DNA of 43,586 bases, taken from positions 1-43,586 of the IMG/VR virus record IMGVR_UViG_3300043613_000002; one strand, given 5' to 3'. Below are positions 1-8,992 of this stretch, piece after piece. The stretch's first letter is position 1, and every line of letters starts with the position of its first letter. This DNA comes from a virus. A program made the position numbers and the translations under genes. The notes under the pieces were generated by a model. It was given only the letters and a program-made list of their open reading frames with translations, ran no database searches and had not been told where the DNA came from.

Positions 1-83
1 GCTCATGGCTGCGAATGAGTGCTTCGTGGATACGAACGAGAATAATTGGCGATTTGATCCGGTAACGCTCAGGTGGGTCAGAG
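1..83. repeat. Terminal direct repeat copy 1, identical to 43504..43586 (circular-assembly overlap or terminal redundancy)
   Basis: The 83 nt gctcatggctgcgaatgag...ctcaggtgggtcagag read identically at both window ends. Confidence 0.95.
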
Positions 84-112
84 CTGACCCCGTTCAGCCG
101 CCTTCGTTTTGA
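1..112 (+). CDS. 3' part of a junction-spanning hypothetical ORF (62 aa in the circular genome; 5' part at 43427..43503)
   Basis: The frame continues from ATG 43427 through the repeat to TGA at 110..112. Confidence 0.45.
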   Translation, partial: LMAANECFVDTNENNWRFDPVTLRWVRADPVQPPSF

Positions 113-136
113 AACACTCAACCTCAGGAGAGTAAC

Positions 137-469
137 ATGGACGAAATCCACACCCCAATCCCCCCGGTTGCATCTCCTTCGCCCACACATGAAGAGCCTA
201 AGCCGCAACCTTTTGCCACTGCTCTAGGCCCCAATCCATCGGTTCCATTCAAGCCGAACGAGCCTGTCAAGACAGAGCCGCTTGCCAAGCCCAAGGCTGA
301 AGATCCGCCTCCCACCAAGGAACAGCACATCGAGGCCATTCGGTATCTCATCGATCAACTGCTCAAGGAAAGTGATGAGCACACAGCTGCTTACAGGGCC
401 GTGCACCTGATCCTGCCGCACCTCGACGCGATCGAGGACAAGAAGCCCGAGAAGACGGTCAAGTGGTGA
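137..469 (+). CDS. Hypothetical protein with a proline-rich N-terminal half
   Basis: 110-aa ORF. RBS GGAGAG lies 4 nt upstream of the ATG (GGAGAGTAACATG). Confidence 0.5.
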   Translation: MDEIHTPIPPVASPSPTHEEPKPQPFATALGPNPSVPFKPNEPVKTEPLAKPKAEDPPPTKEQHIEAIRYLIDQLLKESDEHTAAYRAVHLILPHLDAIEDKKPEKTVKW

Positions 470-484
470 CGAGGTCGCCTCAAT

Positions 485-676
485 ATGAGGAAGATTGAAC
501 AGCATATCTCGCAAGAAGGTTTTTTTAAGCTAAAGGAAGTCCTTTTAGAGGCAGAATTAGCTGGATATAGTGCTGATGCCTGCGCTGCTATGGCGCTAAC
601 CAGCATTAGCCTCCGGCCTGAACCTTTTGTGGAAGTTGTTTTCGTTGTCGATCCCAAACTGGGTGGTCCAGTCTGA
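485..676 (+). CDS. Hypothetical protein
   Basis: 63-aa ORF. The first ~110 nt look visibly more AT-rich than the surroundings. Confidence 0.35.
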   Translation: MRKIEQHISQEGFFKLKEVLLEAELAGYSADACAAMALTSISLRPEPFVEVVFVVDPKLGGPV

Positions 677-684
677 GAAATCGA

Positions 685-867
685 ATGGTGAGCGACAGAA
701 TGCTATTCCGCGGCAAGCCTCTCGAAGAGATGTCGAAAGACGAACTATTCGAAGCCATCCAGGATTGCGACGACATGTTGCATGCCCTGAAGTCGCCCAA
801 CCGGGCGCGGGAGTTCACGATGGTCGCGAGGGAACTGAAGCTGCGGGAAGTCGCGGCATCTCAATAA
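685..867 (+). CDS. Hypothetical protein
   Basis: 60-aa ORF with an ATG start. Charged, helical-looking sequence. Confidence 0.4.
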   Translation: MVSDRMLFRGKPLEEMSKDELFEAIQDCDDMLHALKSPNRAREFTMVARELKLREVAASQ

Positions 868-885
868 TTTAACCCGTATAATATT

Positions 886-1182
886 ATGGCCAGACCAGCA
901 GGTTCCCCAAATAAAGACAAGCCATTCCGAGACGCGCTCAGGATGGAAGCTGGCTTGGCTGAAAGCGGTGATGAAACTCCTGCAAACAAGGGCTCGCTTC
1001 GCTGGATTGCCCGTCAATTGCTCAATAGGGCGGGCGAGGAAACCGCAGCCGCTCGTGAAGTTGGCGACCGTTTAGACGGCAAGCCGGCGCAGGCAATCAT
1101 TGGTGGTGATGAAGATGATCCGGCGATCAATGTTGCCGTTACCAAGATTGAGCTTGTAGCACTGGATGGTCCCACAGATTAA
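886..1182 (+). CDS. Candidate terminase small subunit
   Basis: 98-aa ORF directly upstream of terL, overlapping it by 17 nt. Assignment is by position and size only. Confidence 0.45.
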   Translation: MARPAGSPNKDKPFRDALRMEAGLAESGDETPANKGSLRWIARQLLNRAGEETAAAREVGDRLDGKPAQAIIGGDEDDPAINVAVTKIELVALDGPTD

Positions 1183-2470
1183 GTTGCCGCCAAAGCTGAT
1201 CCCGGTCTTTGTGGGTGAGGCGATGTACCGCGGCGCATATGGGGGTAGAGGCTCAGGCAAAACCAGATCATTCGCCACGATGGCGGCGGTCTTTGGAGTC
1301 CGGTTTGCAGAGGCCAACGAGCCTGGAGTAATCGTTTGCGGGCGGGAGTTTATGAATTCCCTTGACGAAAGCTCGATGGCAGAGGTGAAGGCTGCGATTG
1401 CCTCTGATCCTTGGTTGACTTCCAAATATGACGTTGGCGAAAAATATATCAGAACCAAAGATCGCCGGATTGAATTTGCTTTTATCGGTCTCCGGCACAA
1501 TCTTGACAGCATTAAATCCAAGGCTCGGATTCGCCTTCTTTGGGTGGATGAGGCTGAGCCCGTTTCTGAAACGGCATGGATGAAGGCTATTCCCACCGTC
1601 CGCGAAGACAATTCTGAAATATGGGTGACGTGGAACCCCGAGAGAAAGAAAAGCGCAACGCATAAGCGGTTCCGCGTAAGCCCGCCGGAGGGCGCAAAGA
1701 TAGTCGAGCTAAACTGGCAGGACAATCCGCGGTTTCCGAAGACCTTGGAGAAGACCAGGCTTGAGGATAAGGCCAAACGTTCGGATCAATATGAGCATGT
1801 TTGGGGTGGCGGGTTCGTGACAGTGGTAGCCGGCGCCTACTACGGAGGCTTCCTCACCGAAGCCAAGGAAAAGGGCCGGATTAGTCCGGTTGAGTTTGAT
1901 CCGCTAATGAGGATCAGGGTCTATTGCGATCTTGGCGGGACTGGAGCCAAGGCAGATGCCTTTGCGATGTGGCCAGCTCAGTTCATCGGTCAGCAAATCC
2001 GAACTCGGGATTATTACGAGGCCCAAGGTCAACCACTAGCCACGCATATTCAGTGGTTGCATTCGAAGGGTTATAAGCCCGAGAGAGCAGATATCTATCT
2101 GCCTCATGATGGCGAGACCAACGACAGGGTAATAGATGTTTCCTTTGAAAGTGCCTTTCGTGCAGCTGGGTATGAGGTCGTCGTGATCCCGAACCAAGGC
2201 AAAGGCGCGGCCAAGATGCGCGTCGAGGCGGGCCGGCGCGTATTCAATTTGATCTGGTTTGATGAGGAATCGACGGAGGATGGCCGTGATGCGCTCGGCT
2301 GGTATCACGAGAAGAAGTCCGATGATGACCGGGAGGCATTGCTTGGTCCTGAGCACGATTGGTCAAGCCATGGTTCGGATGCTTTTGGCCTGATGTGCGT
2401 GGCATATGAGGCCCCGGTTGAGCGCAAGGAATATGTGGCGCGCCGTGCCGGCTCATGGATGGGCGCATGA
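1166..2470 (+). CDS. terL: Terminase large subunit
   Basis: 434 aa. Walker A GGRGSGKT and Walker B LLWVDEAE are read directly. Lies immediately upstream of the portal gene. Confidence 0.93.
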   Translation: MVPQIKLPPKLIPVFVGEAMYRGAYGGRGSGKTRSFATMAAVFGVRFAEANEPGVIVCGREFMNSLDESSMAEVKAAIASDPWLTSKYDVGEKYIRTKDRRIEFAFIGLRHNLDSIKSKARIRLLWVDEAEPVSETAWMKAIPTVREDNSEIWVTWNPERKKSATHKRFRVSPPEGAKIVELNWQDNPRFPKTLEKTRLEDKAKRSDQYEHVWGGGFVTVVAGAYYGGFLTEAKEKGRISPVEFDPLMRIRVYCDLGGTGAKADAFAMWPAQFIGQQIRTRDYYEAQGQPLATHIQWLHSKGYKPERADIYLPHDGETNDRVIDVSFESAFRAAGYEVVVIPNQGKGAAKMRVEAGRRVFNLIWFDEESTEDGRDALGWYHEKKSDDDREALLGPEHDWSSHGSDAFGLMCVAYEAPVERKEYVARRAGSWMGA

Positions 2471-2622
2471 TACGGATTGGAAAAATCACGTTCAAGGGTC
2501 GGTATGTTCCGATGAACAAATCGATATACCCGACTGTCTATGAGAACGGATACGAGCGAGCGGCTATTTTCGAATTTGTATATGCCGGCGTAGACCGCGT
2601 CATCTACAGGCGCGTCGCCTGA
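2467..2622 (+). CDS. Small hypothetical protein (51 aa) between terL and portal
   Basis: ATGA overlap with the terL stop and TGATG overlap with the portal start. Too short for the ORF track. Confidence 0.4.
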   Translation: MIRIGKITFKGRYVPMNKSIYPTVYENGYERAAIFEFVYAGVDRVIYRRVA

Positions 2623-4892
2623 TGGCTTACGACTCCGACAAGCCCGACGACGGTGACGACAAGAAGGCCAACAAGAAAGCCAACAAGAAAGACTGGGAAG
2701 CCGTCCACAAGACCGCGATGGAGGAATACACCCGCGACTATGACAAGGAGCGGAGCAATATCGATGAGGCTTACGAGGACCTGAGGTTCCGAAGAGGAAC
2801 GCTTCGGGATCAATGGGACGATGAGGCCTTACAGGCTCGCAAAGGCCGTCCCTGCCACGTCGTCAATAAGCTGCCGCAGTTCATCCGTCAGGTCACGGGA
2901 GACATGCGCCGCAAGAAGCCGGGCATCAAGGTTGTTCCGGTGGACAGTGGAGCTGATGTTGAGACCGCTGATGTCCGCGGCGGCATGATCCGATACGTTG
3001 AAAACCGTTCCAAGGCGAAGCACGTTTACACCACGGGCGCGGACAGCCAGGTCACCTGCGGCATTGGCCATTGGCAGGTTATGACCGAATACGCTCATTC
3101 CGGGACGTTCAATCAGGAAATCCGGATTGGTGGTATTGATGACGGTGTGGCGGTGGTCTGGGATGCCGATGCCTCGGGCCCAACCAAGGAAGACGCGGAC
3201 CATTGTTTCGTGCCGACCGATATGTCCCTGGCCAAGTTCAAGGCGCGCTGGCCCGAGGCAAAGACTGATGGATTTGATACTCCCGGTGGGGAGACCTTCG
3301 TCAACTGGTCGTCCGACGAGCATATCCGGGTAGCGGCCTATTGGAAGAAGAAGCCGATCAAGCGAACACTTGCCTTGATGCAGGACGGCACGATTGACGA
3401 CCTGACGGACGTGCTGAAGGATTCCGACAAGGGCGCTATTGCTTCCGGCATGGAATACCTGAAAAGCACAGGTGCGCGGATCGAGGAGCGGAATAGCTAC
3501 ACGGTCTGTCGTTATCTGATGTCGATGGGCGAGATCCTCGAGGAGGCCGACTGGCCGGGCATGCATATCCCGGTGATCCCGGTAGTTGGCGAAGAAGTCC
3601 GGGTTGGCCGCGACGTTTACCGGCATGGCGTGGTCAGGTACGCCCGCGATCTCCAGCGGCTGGAAAACTACTACGCCTCGGCTGAGACCGAGGTTATTGC
3701 GTTGCAGCCGAAAGCACCATGGCTTGGCACCAAGAAGAATTTCCAAGCTCGGTTGGATCTTTGGGAAACCGCCAACACCGAAAACCATCCTTATATGGTT
3801 TATACGCCAGATGCAGCAAACGGTAATAAGGAGCCGTCACGCATCCAGCCTCCGGTGGCATCTCAAGCCATCATCGAGGGCAAGCAGCGCAATTCGGAGG
3901 ACATGAAGGCCGTCATCGGCATTTACGATGCGAGCCTTGGGGCGAAGTCGAATGAGACTTCTGGAATTGCCATCCAGCGGCGGGATGCGCAAGCAGATAC
4001 AGGTACTTTTGTCTACCACGACAATTTCGCGCTTGCGATCGAGCGCACTGCAGAAATCGTCAATGAGCTATTTCCGAAGATCTACGACACGCAGCGGACG
4101 ATGCGGATCATTGGTGATGACGGCAAACCGAATCTTGTCGAGATCAACAAGCCTCAAGTAATGAACGGGGTCGATCGCATCCAGCACGATATGACTGCGG
4201 GTTCATACGATGTGGTAATGGAGGAGGGCCCGGCCTACGCGACCAAGCGTGAGCAGGCGCAAGATGGAATTATGGCGTTCATCCAGGCCTTCCCGCCGGC
4301 CGCGGCTGTATTGGGGGACATTTTCGCCAAGATCATGGACTTCCCGCACACTGAAGAGATCGGCGAGCGCTTGGAAGAAATCCTTCCACCCCAGGTCAAG
4401 GCAAAGCTGCAGCAGGAGCGGGCTGAGGCTGAGCAGGCAAGTGGAAAGCCGCCCTCACCTGAGATGCAACAGCAGGCCCAAGCGCAGCAGGCAGCCCAGC
4501 AAGAGGCGCAGCAAGCCAAGCAGATGCAGATAGCACAGATGCAGGCCACGGTCGAGGAAGCCACTGCCAAGGCTGAGACAGCCAAGCAGAATGCTCGCAA
4601 GGCCAAGGCGGACGCGGATAAGGCTGAGAGCGATGCTCAGACCGCCAAGGCCAATTTCGCTAACAGTACCATGGATCATCTGCGGACGATCGAAAGCCAC
4701 GACCATGAGATGGCGCGCGGTCAGATTGGCCACGCTCAGTCCACGCAGCACGCCCAAGACAAGCACGAGATCGATCTGACCCTGAAGGGCTTTGGCGAGG
4801 CCAGAGCGGCCGAGCAGCACGAGCAGGGCGCCGAGAAGCACAAAGAGACCATCAAGCAGATGAAGCAGCCAGAACCTGTTATGGCTGAATAG
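2622..4892 (+). CDS. Portal protein (P22 gp1-like)
   Basis: 756 aa, directly after terL. The long Q/A/E/K-rich helical C-terminus resembles the P22-type portal barrel. Confidence 0.88.
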   Translation: MAYDSDKPDDGDDKKANKKANKKDWEAVHKTAMEEYTRDYDKERSNIDEAYEDLRFRRGTLRDQWDDEALQARKGRPCHVVNKLPQFIRQVTGDMRRKKPGIKVVPVDSGADVETADVRGGMIRYVENRSKAKHVYTTGADSQVTCGIGHWQVMTEYAHSGTFNQEIRIGGIDDGVAVVWDADASGPTKEDADHCFVPTDMSLAKFKARWPEAKTDGFDTPGGETFVNWSSDEHIRVAAYWKKKPIKRTLALMQDGTIDDLTDVLKDSDKGAIASGMEYLKSTGARIEERNSYTVCRYLMSMGEILEEADWPGMHIPVIPVVGEEVRVGRDVYRHGVVRYARDLQRLENYYASAETEVIALQPKAPWLGTKKNFQARLDLWETANTENHPYMVYTPDAANGNKEPSRIQPPVASQAIIEGKQRNSEDMKAVIGIYDASLGAKSNETSGIAIQRRDAQADTGTFVYHDNFALAIERTAEIVNELFPKIYDTQRTMRIIGDDGKPNLVEINKPQVMNGVDRIQHDMTAGSYDVVMEEGPAYATKREQAQDGIMAFIQAFPPAAAVLGDIFAKIMDFPHTEEIGERLEEILPPQVKAKLQQERAEAEQASGKPPSPEMQQQAQAQQAAQQEAQQAKQMQIAQMQATVEEATAKAETAKQNARKAKADADKAESDAQTAKANFANSTMDHLRTIESHDHEMARGQIGHAQSTQHAQDKHEIDLTLKGFGEARAAEQHEQGAEKHKETIKQMKQPEPVMAE

Positions 4893-4970
4893 GTTTTGCG
4901 CGGGCGAAGAGACTGCGCAAAAAGGCGGCCGGGGTAGATCGCGGTGCGCACATAAGGTCAGGCCCCAAAA

Positions 4971-4996
4971 ACGGCTCCGGGTAAAATCGGAGCCGT
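4971..4996 (+). terminator. Hairpin (9-bp perfect stem ACGGCTCCG/CGGAGCCGT) downstream of portal
   Basis: Stem at 4971..4979 pairs with 4988..4996 across an 8-nt loop. The tail tcgcttatttg is only moderately T-rich. Confidence 0.35.
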
Positions 4997-5041
4997 TCGC
5001 TTATTTGAAATAAAGAAGAAACATCCGGCAGAGGTCGAATA

Positions 5042-5299
5042 ATGCAACCAGCAGCAGTTGCTACCCGTTATGGCAGGGCCAGCCCTATCACTCCTAGTGA
5101 TACGAATACGTATGTTCCGGCAACCGGCGGCCAGCTTCAAGGACTCTATATCGGCGGCGCTGGCAATGTAGCGGCTCGCATGTTGGATGGCTCTGTTGTC
5201 ACATTCAGCGCTGTTCCGGCCGGCACGCTTCTCCCGGTGCAGTGCGATCGGGTGATGAGCACGAATACCACGGCGACGCTCATTATCGGGCTTCGGTAA
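5042..5299 (+). CDS. Small virion-module protein (85 aa)
   Basis: Sits between portal and scaffold with hairpins on both sides. I vaguely recall a similar ~80-100 aa family (head-spike base) in alphaproteobacterial phages and GTAs; this is unverified. Confidence 0.55.
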   Translation: MQPAAVATRYGRASPITPSDTNTYVPATGGQLQGLYIGGAGNVAARMLDGSVVTFSAVPAGTLLPVQCDRVMSTNTTATLIIGLR

Positions 5300-5327
5300 T
5301 AGATTCCGGCGCTAGACGCTGGTTACC

Positions 5328-5349
5328 AACTGCCTTCGGGCGGTTTTTT
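5328..5349 (+). terminator. Intrinsic terminator-like hairpin with a UUCG tetraloop
   Basis: 7-bp stem (5328..5334 pairs with 5339..5345) with loop ttcg. The T6 run at 5344..5349 overlaps the 3' end of the stem. Confidence 0.55.
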
Positions 5350-5363
5350 CATGAGCACCATAC

Positions 5364-6200
5364 ATGGCAGACGAAGAGATCAAGCCGGCGGAAACGCTGG
5401 AGATCAAGGATGAAGGCAGGAATCTCGACGAGGCTTCGGCGGAAGCCAAGGTTGAGGAAAAAGTTGAGCCTAAAGAGGGTGAGACTGAAGTTGCTGGCGA
5501 GGAAGCTGGCGACGATGGCAAGCCCAAGAAACTAAGCGGCGCGGCGCGGAATAAAATCCGTGAAACGCGGCTGATACAGGAACTCGCGCAACGCGAGCGT
5601 GAGATTGAAGAACTCCGACGTTCAGCGCCGGCGAAGGCCAGCGAGACGGAGGAGAAAAAGCCGGTAGAGGCCGACTTCAACGGGGATTTCTTTGCGTTTC
5701 AGCAAGCCGCTACGGCCTTCGAGGCTGCTAAGGCGGTTCGTGATGAAATCCGCAAGGATCGTGAAGCCCGTCAACAGTCGGACAATCAGGCCGAACAGAC
5801 CAAAATCGCAAGAGAGCGCACGGTAGCGCATCTGGAGCGGGTCGAGGACGCACGCGAGGTAATTGCGGACTTCGATGTGGTCATGAAGGCGATGGACGGC
5901 GTGAAGGTCCGCAACGACGTGATTGACGAGATCATGTCGTCGGACAAGAGCGCCGAGATTTCATATTACCTCGCCAAGAATCCCCAAAAACTCGCGGAAC
6001 TGGACCGCATGAGCACCCGAGAGCTGGCCCGCGAAATGGGACGGTTGGAGGTGACCATCAAGCTCCCGACCGCGAAGAAACAAACCTCAGCCCCGCCGCC
6101 GCTCGATCCGCTCAAAGGAGGGGCGAGCGGCTCATTCAATCCGGAAACCGCTTCGATGGACGATTATGTCGCGAAGCGCAAAGCCGGATGGAAGGGCTGA
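5364..6200 (+). CDS. Scaffolding protein
   Basis: 278 aa, highly charged and coiled-coil-like. Lies between portal and coat, as P22 gene 8 does. Confidence 0.72.
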   Translation: MADEEIKPAETLEIKDEGRNLDEASAEAKVEEKVEPKEGETEVAGEEAGDDGKPKKLSGAARNKIRETRLIQELAQREREIEELRRSAPAKASETEEKKPVEADFNGDFFAFQQAATAFEAAKAVRDEIRKDREARQQSDNQAEQTKIARERTVAHLERVEDAREVIADFDVVMKAMDGVKVRNDVIDEIMSSDKSAEISYYLAKNPQKLAELDRMSTRELAREMGRLEVTIKLPTAKKQTSAPPPLDPLKGGASGSFNPETASMDDYVAKRKAGWKG

Positions 6201-6220
6201 CCCTCTTCATCTGATTGCCC

Positions 6221-6259
6221 GCAGTGATGCGCGCGGTCCCAGGGCACGCAGTGATGCGC
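6221..6259 (+). repeat. Two perfect copies of GCAGTGATGCGC (6221..6232 and 6248..6259) in the scaffold-coat spacer
   Basis: Read directly. Start-to-start spacing is 27 nt. Confidence 0.8.
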
Positions 6260-6281
6260 CCCGCCAGAAGGAACTACTTCA

Positions 6282-7517
6282 ATGACGCAACGCGTCTTAA
6301 CCGCGGACATCATCGCTAAGGAAGCGATCATGATCCTCGAGAACAACTGCGTGATGGGCAATCTCGTCTATCGCGGCTACGAGGAAGAATTTTCAAATCA
6401 GGTCAACGGCTACGAGAAGGGTGAAACCATATCGATCCGTCGTCCGACCGACTTCACGGTCCGCTCCGGCGCGGTCGCCGCGGTGCAGGAAGTCATGGAA
6501 GGCAAGACCTCGATCACCGTCGATACCCAGGAAGGCGTAGACTTCAAGTTCACTTCTTCCGATCTGACCCTGCGCATCGGGGATTTGTCCCAGCGTGTGA
6601 TCAAGCCGGCGATGGTGCAGTTGGCAAACTCGATCGATATGAAGCTCGCTGCCCTTTACAAGGATGTCTGGAACTGGGTTGGTACGCCCGGCCTGACCGT
6701 CGACAGCTTCGCTGACTTTGCCAAGGCTCCGACCCGTCTCGACCTCGGAGCTGTGCCGGCTGACGACCGAAACGCGGTGCTGTCCCCGACAGACGAATAC
6801 GGCATGCTTGGTTCGCAGACTGCATTGTATATGCAGGAAGTGGCCAAGGATGCCTACCGTAACTCGAACTTGGGTCGGATTGCCAGGATCGATACGTTCT
6901 CAACCCAGAACGTGCAGACCTTCACGGCCGGCACCCGCGACAACACCACGCCGACCATCAAAGGCACGCAGTCCACCACATGGGCTTCGACCAAAGACAC
7001 CGGCACGATGTCTTTGAACACCGTTGGCTGGGATGCCTCTGCCACACTCAAGCAAGGCGACGTGTTCATCATCGATCTGGTGTTCGCGGTTAATCCCGTG
7101 ACCAAGGCAGTACTGCCGTATAATCAGCAGTTCGTTGTCAAGGCCGATGCGACCGCCAACGGCACCACGACCTCGACCACGACGTTGACGATCTCGCCGC
7201 CGATCATCACCTCCGGTGCGTTCCAGAACGTCAGCGCGGCGGCCCTGGACGCGGCCACGATCACGATCCTCGGCACGGCCTCGACCGGCTACGCCCAGAA
7301 CATGGTGTTCCACAAGAATGCCTTTGCGCTGGTCATGGTTCCGTTGGTCAAGCCTCCTGGTGCGGTGGAGGTCTCGCGGCGGTCCTACAAGGGCTTCAAT
7401 GTTCGTGTCATTCCTTACTATGACGGCACCAACGACCAGAGCAACTGGCGTTTGGACGTTTTGTACGGGGTGAAAACTCTGGACCCCCGTCTCGCCACCC
7501 GCCTGTCGGGCAGCTAA
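6282..7517 (+). CDS. Major capsid (coat) protein, P22 gp5-like
   Basis: 411 aa. The N-terminus MTQRVLTADIIAKEAIMILENN...RGYEEEF resembles P22-type coat proteins. Lies after the scaffold gene. Confidence 0.88.
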   Translation: MTQRVLTADIIAKEAIMILENNCVMGNLVYRGYEEEFSNQVNGYEKGETISIRRPTDFTVRSGAVAAVQEVMEGKTSITVDTQEGVDFKFTSSDLTLRIGDLSQRVIKPAMVQLANSIDMKLAALYKDVWNWVGTPGLTVDSFADFAKAPTRLDLGAVPADDRNAVLSPTDEYGMLGSQTALYMQEVAKDAYRNSNLGRIARIDTFSTQNVQTFTAGTRDNTTPTIKGTQSTTWASTKDTGTMSLNTVGWDASATLKQGDVFIIDLVFAVNPVTKAVLPYNQQFVVKADATANGTTTSTTTLTISPPIITSGAFQNVSAAALDAATITILGTASTGYAQNMVFHKNAFALVMVPLVKPPGAVEVSRRSYKGFNVRVIPYYDGTNDQSNWRLDVLYGVKTLDPRLATRLSGS

Positions 7518-7536
7518 CAACTGAAGGAGAACTCAC

Positions 7537-7788
7537 ATGACTGTTGGCGTTTATCCCAAGCAGCTTTCTGACGCTGGTCCGTTGGGAACATTAATGGGTC
7601 AGTCCGCAACCGACCTGATCGGCTTCTACGGCGTGGCAACTCCGGTTGCGCAGCGTGCGTCGTCAGTTCAGGCAACCTCGTTGATCTCGGCTTACACCTC
7701 CACCACGGCTTCGGCCCTGATCGGGGCTTTGCTGGTTGAGATCGCGAATACTCTGACCGGACTTTCCCTTTGGAAAGGGGCGGCCTGA
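7537..7788 (+). CDS. Small Ser/Thr-rich protein after coat (decoration or modification-substrate candidate)
   Basis: 83 aa with a strong RBS (GAAGGAG). Contains the segment SSVQATSLISAYTSTTASA. Confidence 0.6.
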   Translation: MTVGVYPKQLSDAGPLGTLMGQSATDLIGFYGVATPVAQRASSVQATSLISAYTSTTASALIGALLVEIANTLTGLSLWKGAA

Positions 7789-7790
7789 TC

Positions 7791-8468
7791 GTGACAACGG
7801 GCAAGCGGACAAAAGTCGTATTCGTTTGCCCGACTGTCACCCGGCCATACGATTGTTTTCTAAAAGCGATGGAGGCTTCTGTTCCATTGTTGGATGGGTT
7901 CTATCATCAAATCATCTTCGAAGTGTCAAACCCCTATATCAGCGCCGCCCGTGCCAACTTGTTGCGGAAGGCGCTGGATGCTGATGCTGACATCATCGTC
8001 TTTATTGACCACGACCTGAGTTGGAAGCCAGCCGACCTTTTGAAATTAATCGAAACCCCCGGCGATGTCGTGGCGGGGCTCTATCGGTTCAAAAAGAATG
8101 AGGAAGAATACATGGGCGCCGTGGTGACGGACGCCAATAACGTTCCGCAAGGCAGGGCATCCGATGGCGCTCTCTCAGGTTTTCGTGTCCCGGCAGGCTT
8201 CCTGAAGATCACCAAGGAGGCCGTCAACAAGTTCATGGAAGCGTATCCAGAGCTTTGCTACGGGCCTTATTATCAGCCCTCGGTTGATCTGTTCAATCAT
8301 GGGGCGCATGAACGGCTTTGGTACGGCGAGGATTATGCGTTCTCGCGAAGATGGCTTGCAACAGGGGAGCGGATCTGGATCGTGCCTGATCTGGACATTG
8401 ATCACCACTCACAGGACCAGGTTTACAAGGGCAATTTCCACAAATTCCTGACAAGGCTGAATAGCTGA
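7791..8468 (+). CDS. Glycosyltransferase (GT-A-like), paralogue of 8989..9720
   Basis: DxD motif in IVFIDHDLSW, plus GEDYAFSRRW. A GTG start at 7791 is preferred; the track gives TTG at 7770. Confidence 0.72.
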   Translation: MTTGKRTKVVFVCPTVTRPYDCFLKAMEASVPLLDGFYHQIIFEVSNPYISAARANLLRKALDADADIIVFIDHDLSWKPADLLKLIETPGDVVAGLYRFKKNEEEYMGAVVTDANNVPQGRASDGALSGFRVPAGFLKITKEAVNKFMEAYPELCYGPYYQPSVDLFNHGAHERLWYGEDYAFSRRWLATGERIWIVPDLDIDHHSQDQVYKGNFHKFLTRLNS

Positions 8469-8992
8469 TGGAGCTTCTGGTAGGAGCTGGCGCCAAGCGT
8501 GAGAAGCATCTTCGCCGTCCGGACCGCCCCGAGTGGGACAATCTCGTCACGCTTGATATGAACCCGGATCACAAGCCGGATGTAGTCTGGGATCTGACGC
8601 AGCGCCCGCTACCCTTCGAGGACAATACCTTCGATGAGATCCACGCCTATGAAGTGCTCGAGCATCTCGGACAGCAGGGCGATTGGCGAGCCTACTTCGA
8701 AGAATGGTCGGAATGGTGGCGCATCCTAAAACCCGGCGGGCAGTTGTTTGCAACCTCGCCCATGTGGAACTCTGTTTGGGCCTTTGGCGATCCCGGCCAT
8801 ACCCGCGTTATGAGCATCGGATCTCTGGTCTACCTGAACCAGCCCGAATACACCAAGCAGATCGGCCAAACCGCGATGACGGATTATCGGTTCGTCTACA
8901 AGGCCGATTTTGACATGGCGCTTTCCGAAACCCACGATGAATGCTTCGCCTATAGCATGATCGCCGTGAAGCCGTCGCGGATTTCAATATGA
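8468..8992 (+). CDS. Class I SAM-dependent methyltransferase
   Basis: Motifs LLVGAGAK, LDMNP, FDEIHAYEVLEHL and RILKPGGQLF. TGATG overlap with the upstream GT. Confidence 0.78.
   Translation: MELLVGAGAKREKHLRRPDRPEWDNLVTLDMNPDHKPDVVWDLTQRPLPFEDNTFDEIHAYEVLEHLGQQGDWRAYFEEWSEWWRILKPGGQLFATSPMWNSVWAFGDPGHTRVMSIGSLVYLNQPEYTKQIGQTAMTDYRFVYKADFDMALSETHDECFAYSMIAVKPSRISI

Noticed and set aside
877-882. Perfect TATAAT 3 nt upstream of ATG 886 as a leaderless late promoter for the small-terminase candidate.
   Set aside because: There is no -35-like element 16-18 nt upstream. The expected start site would fall inside or after the ATG. This is probably just an AT-rich spacer.
4894-4922. Hairpin TTTTGCGC...GCGCAAAA right after the portal stop as a terminator.
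   Set aside because: The A/T runs form part of the stem, and no free T-tail follows. The second hairpin at 4971..4996 is the better candidate.
6900-7520. 206-aa - strand ORF antisense to the coat gene. Similar long antisense ORFs occur at 17839..18669, 13442..14131, 14895..15593, 22491..23156, 2829..3788, 9121..9729 and 1072..1776.
   Set aside because: These are Arg/Gly/Pro-rich, low-information translations typical of the antisense strand of GC-rich genes. They have no RBS and overlap confidently assigned genes entirely.
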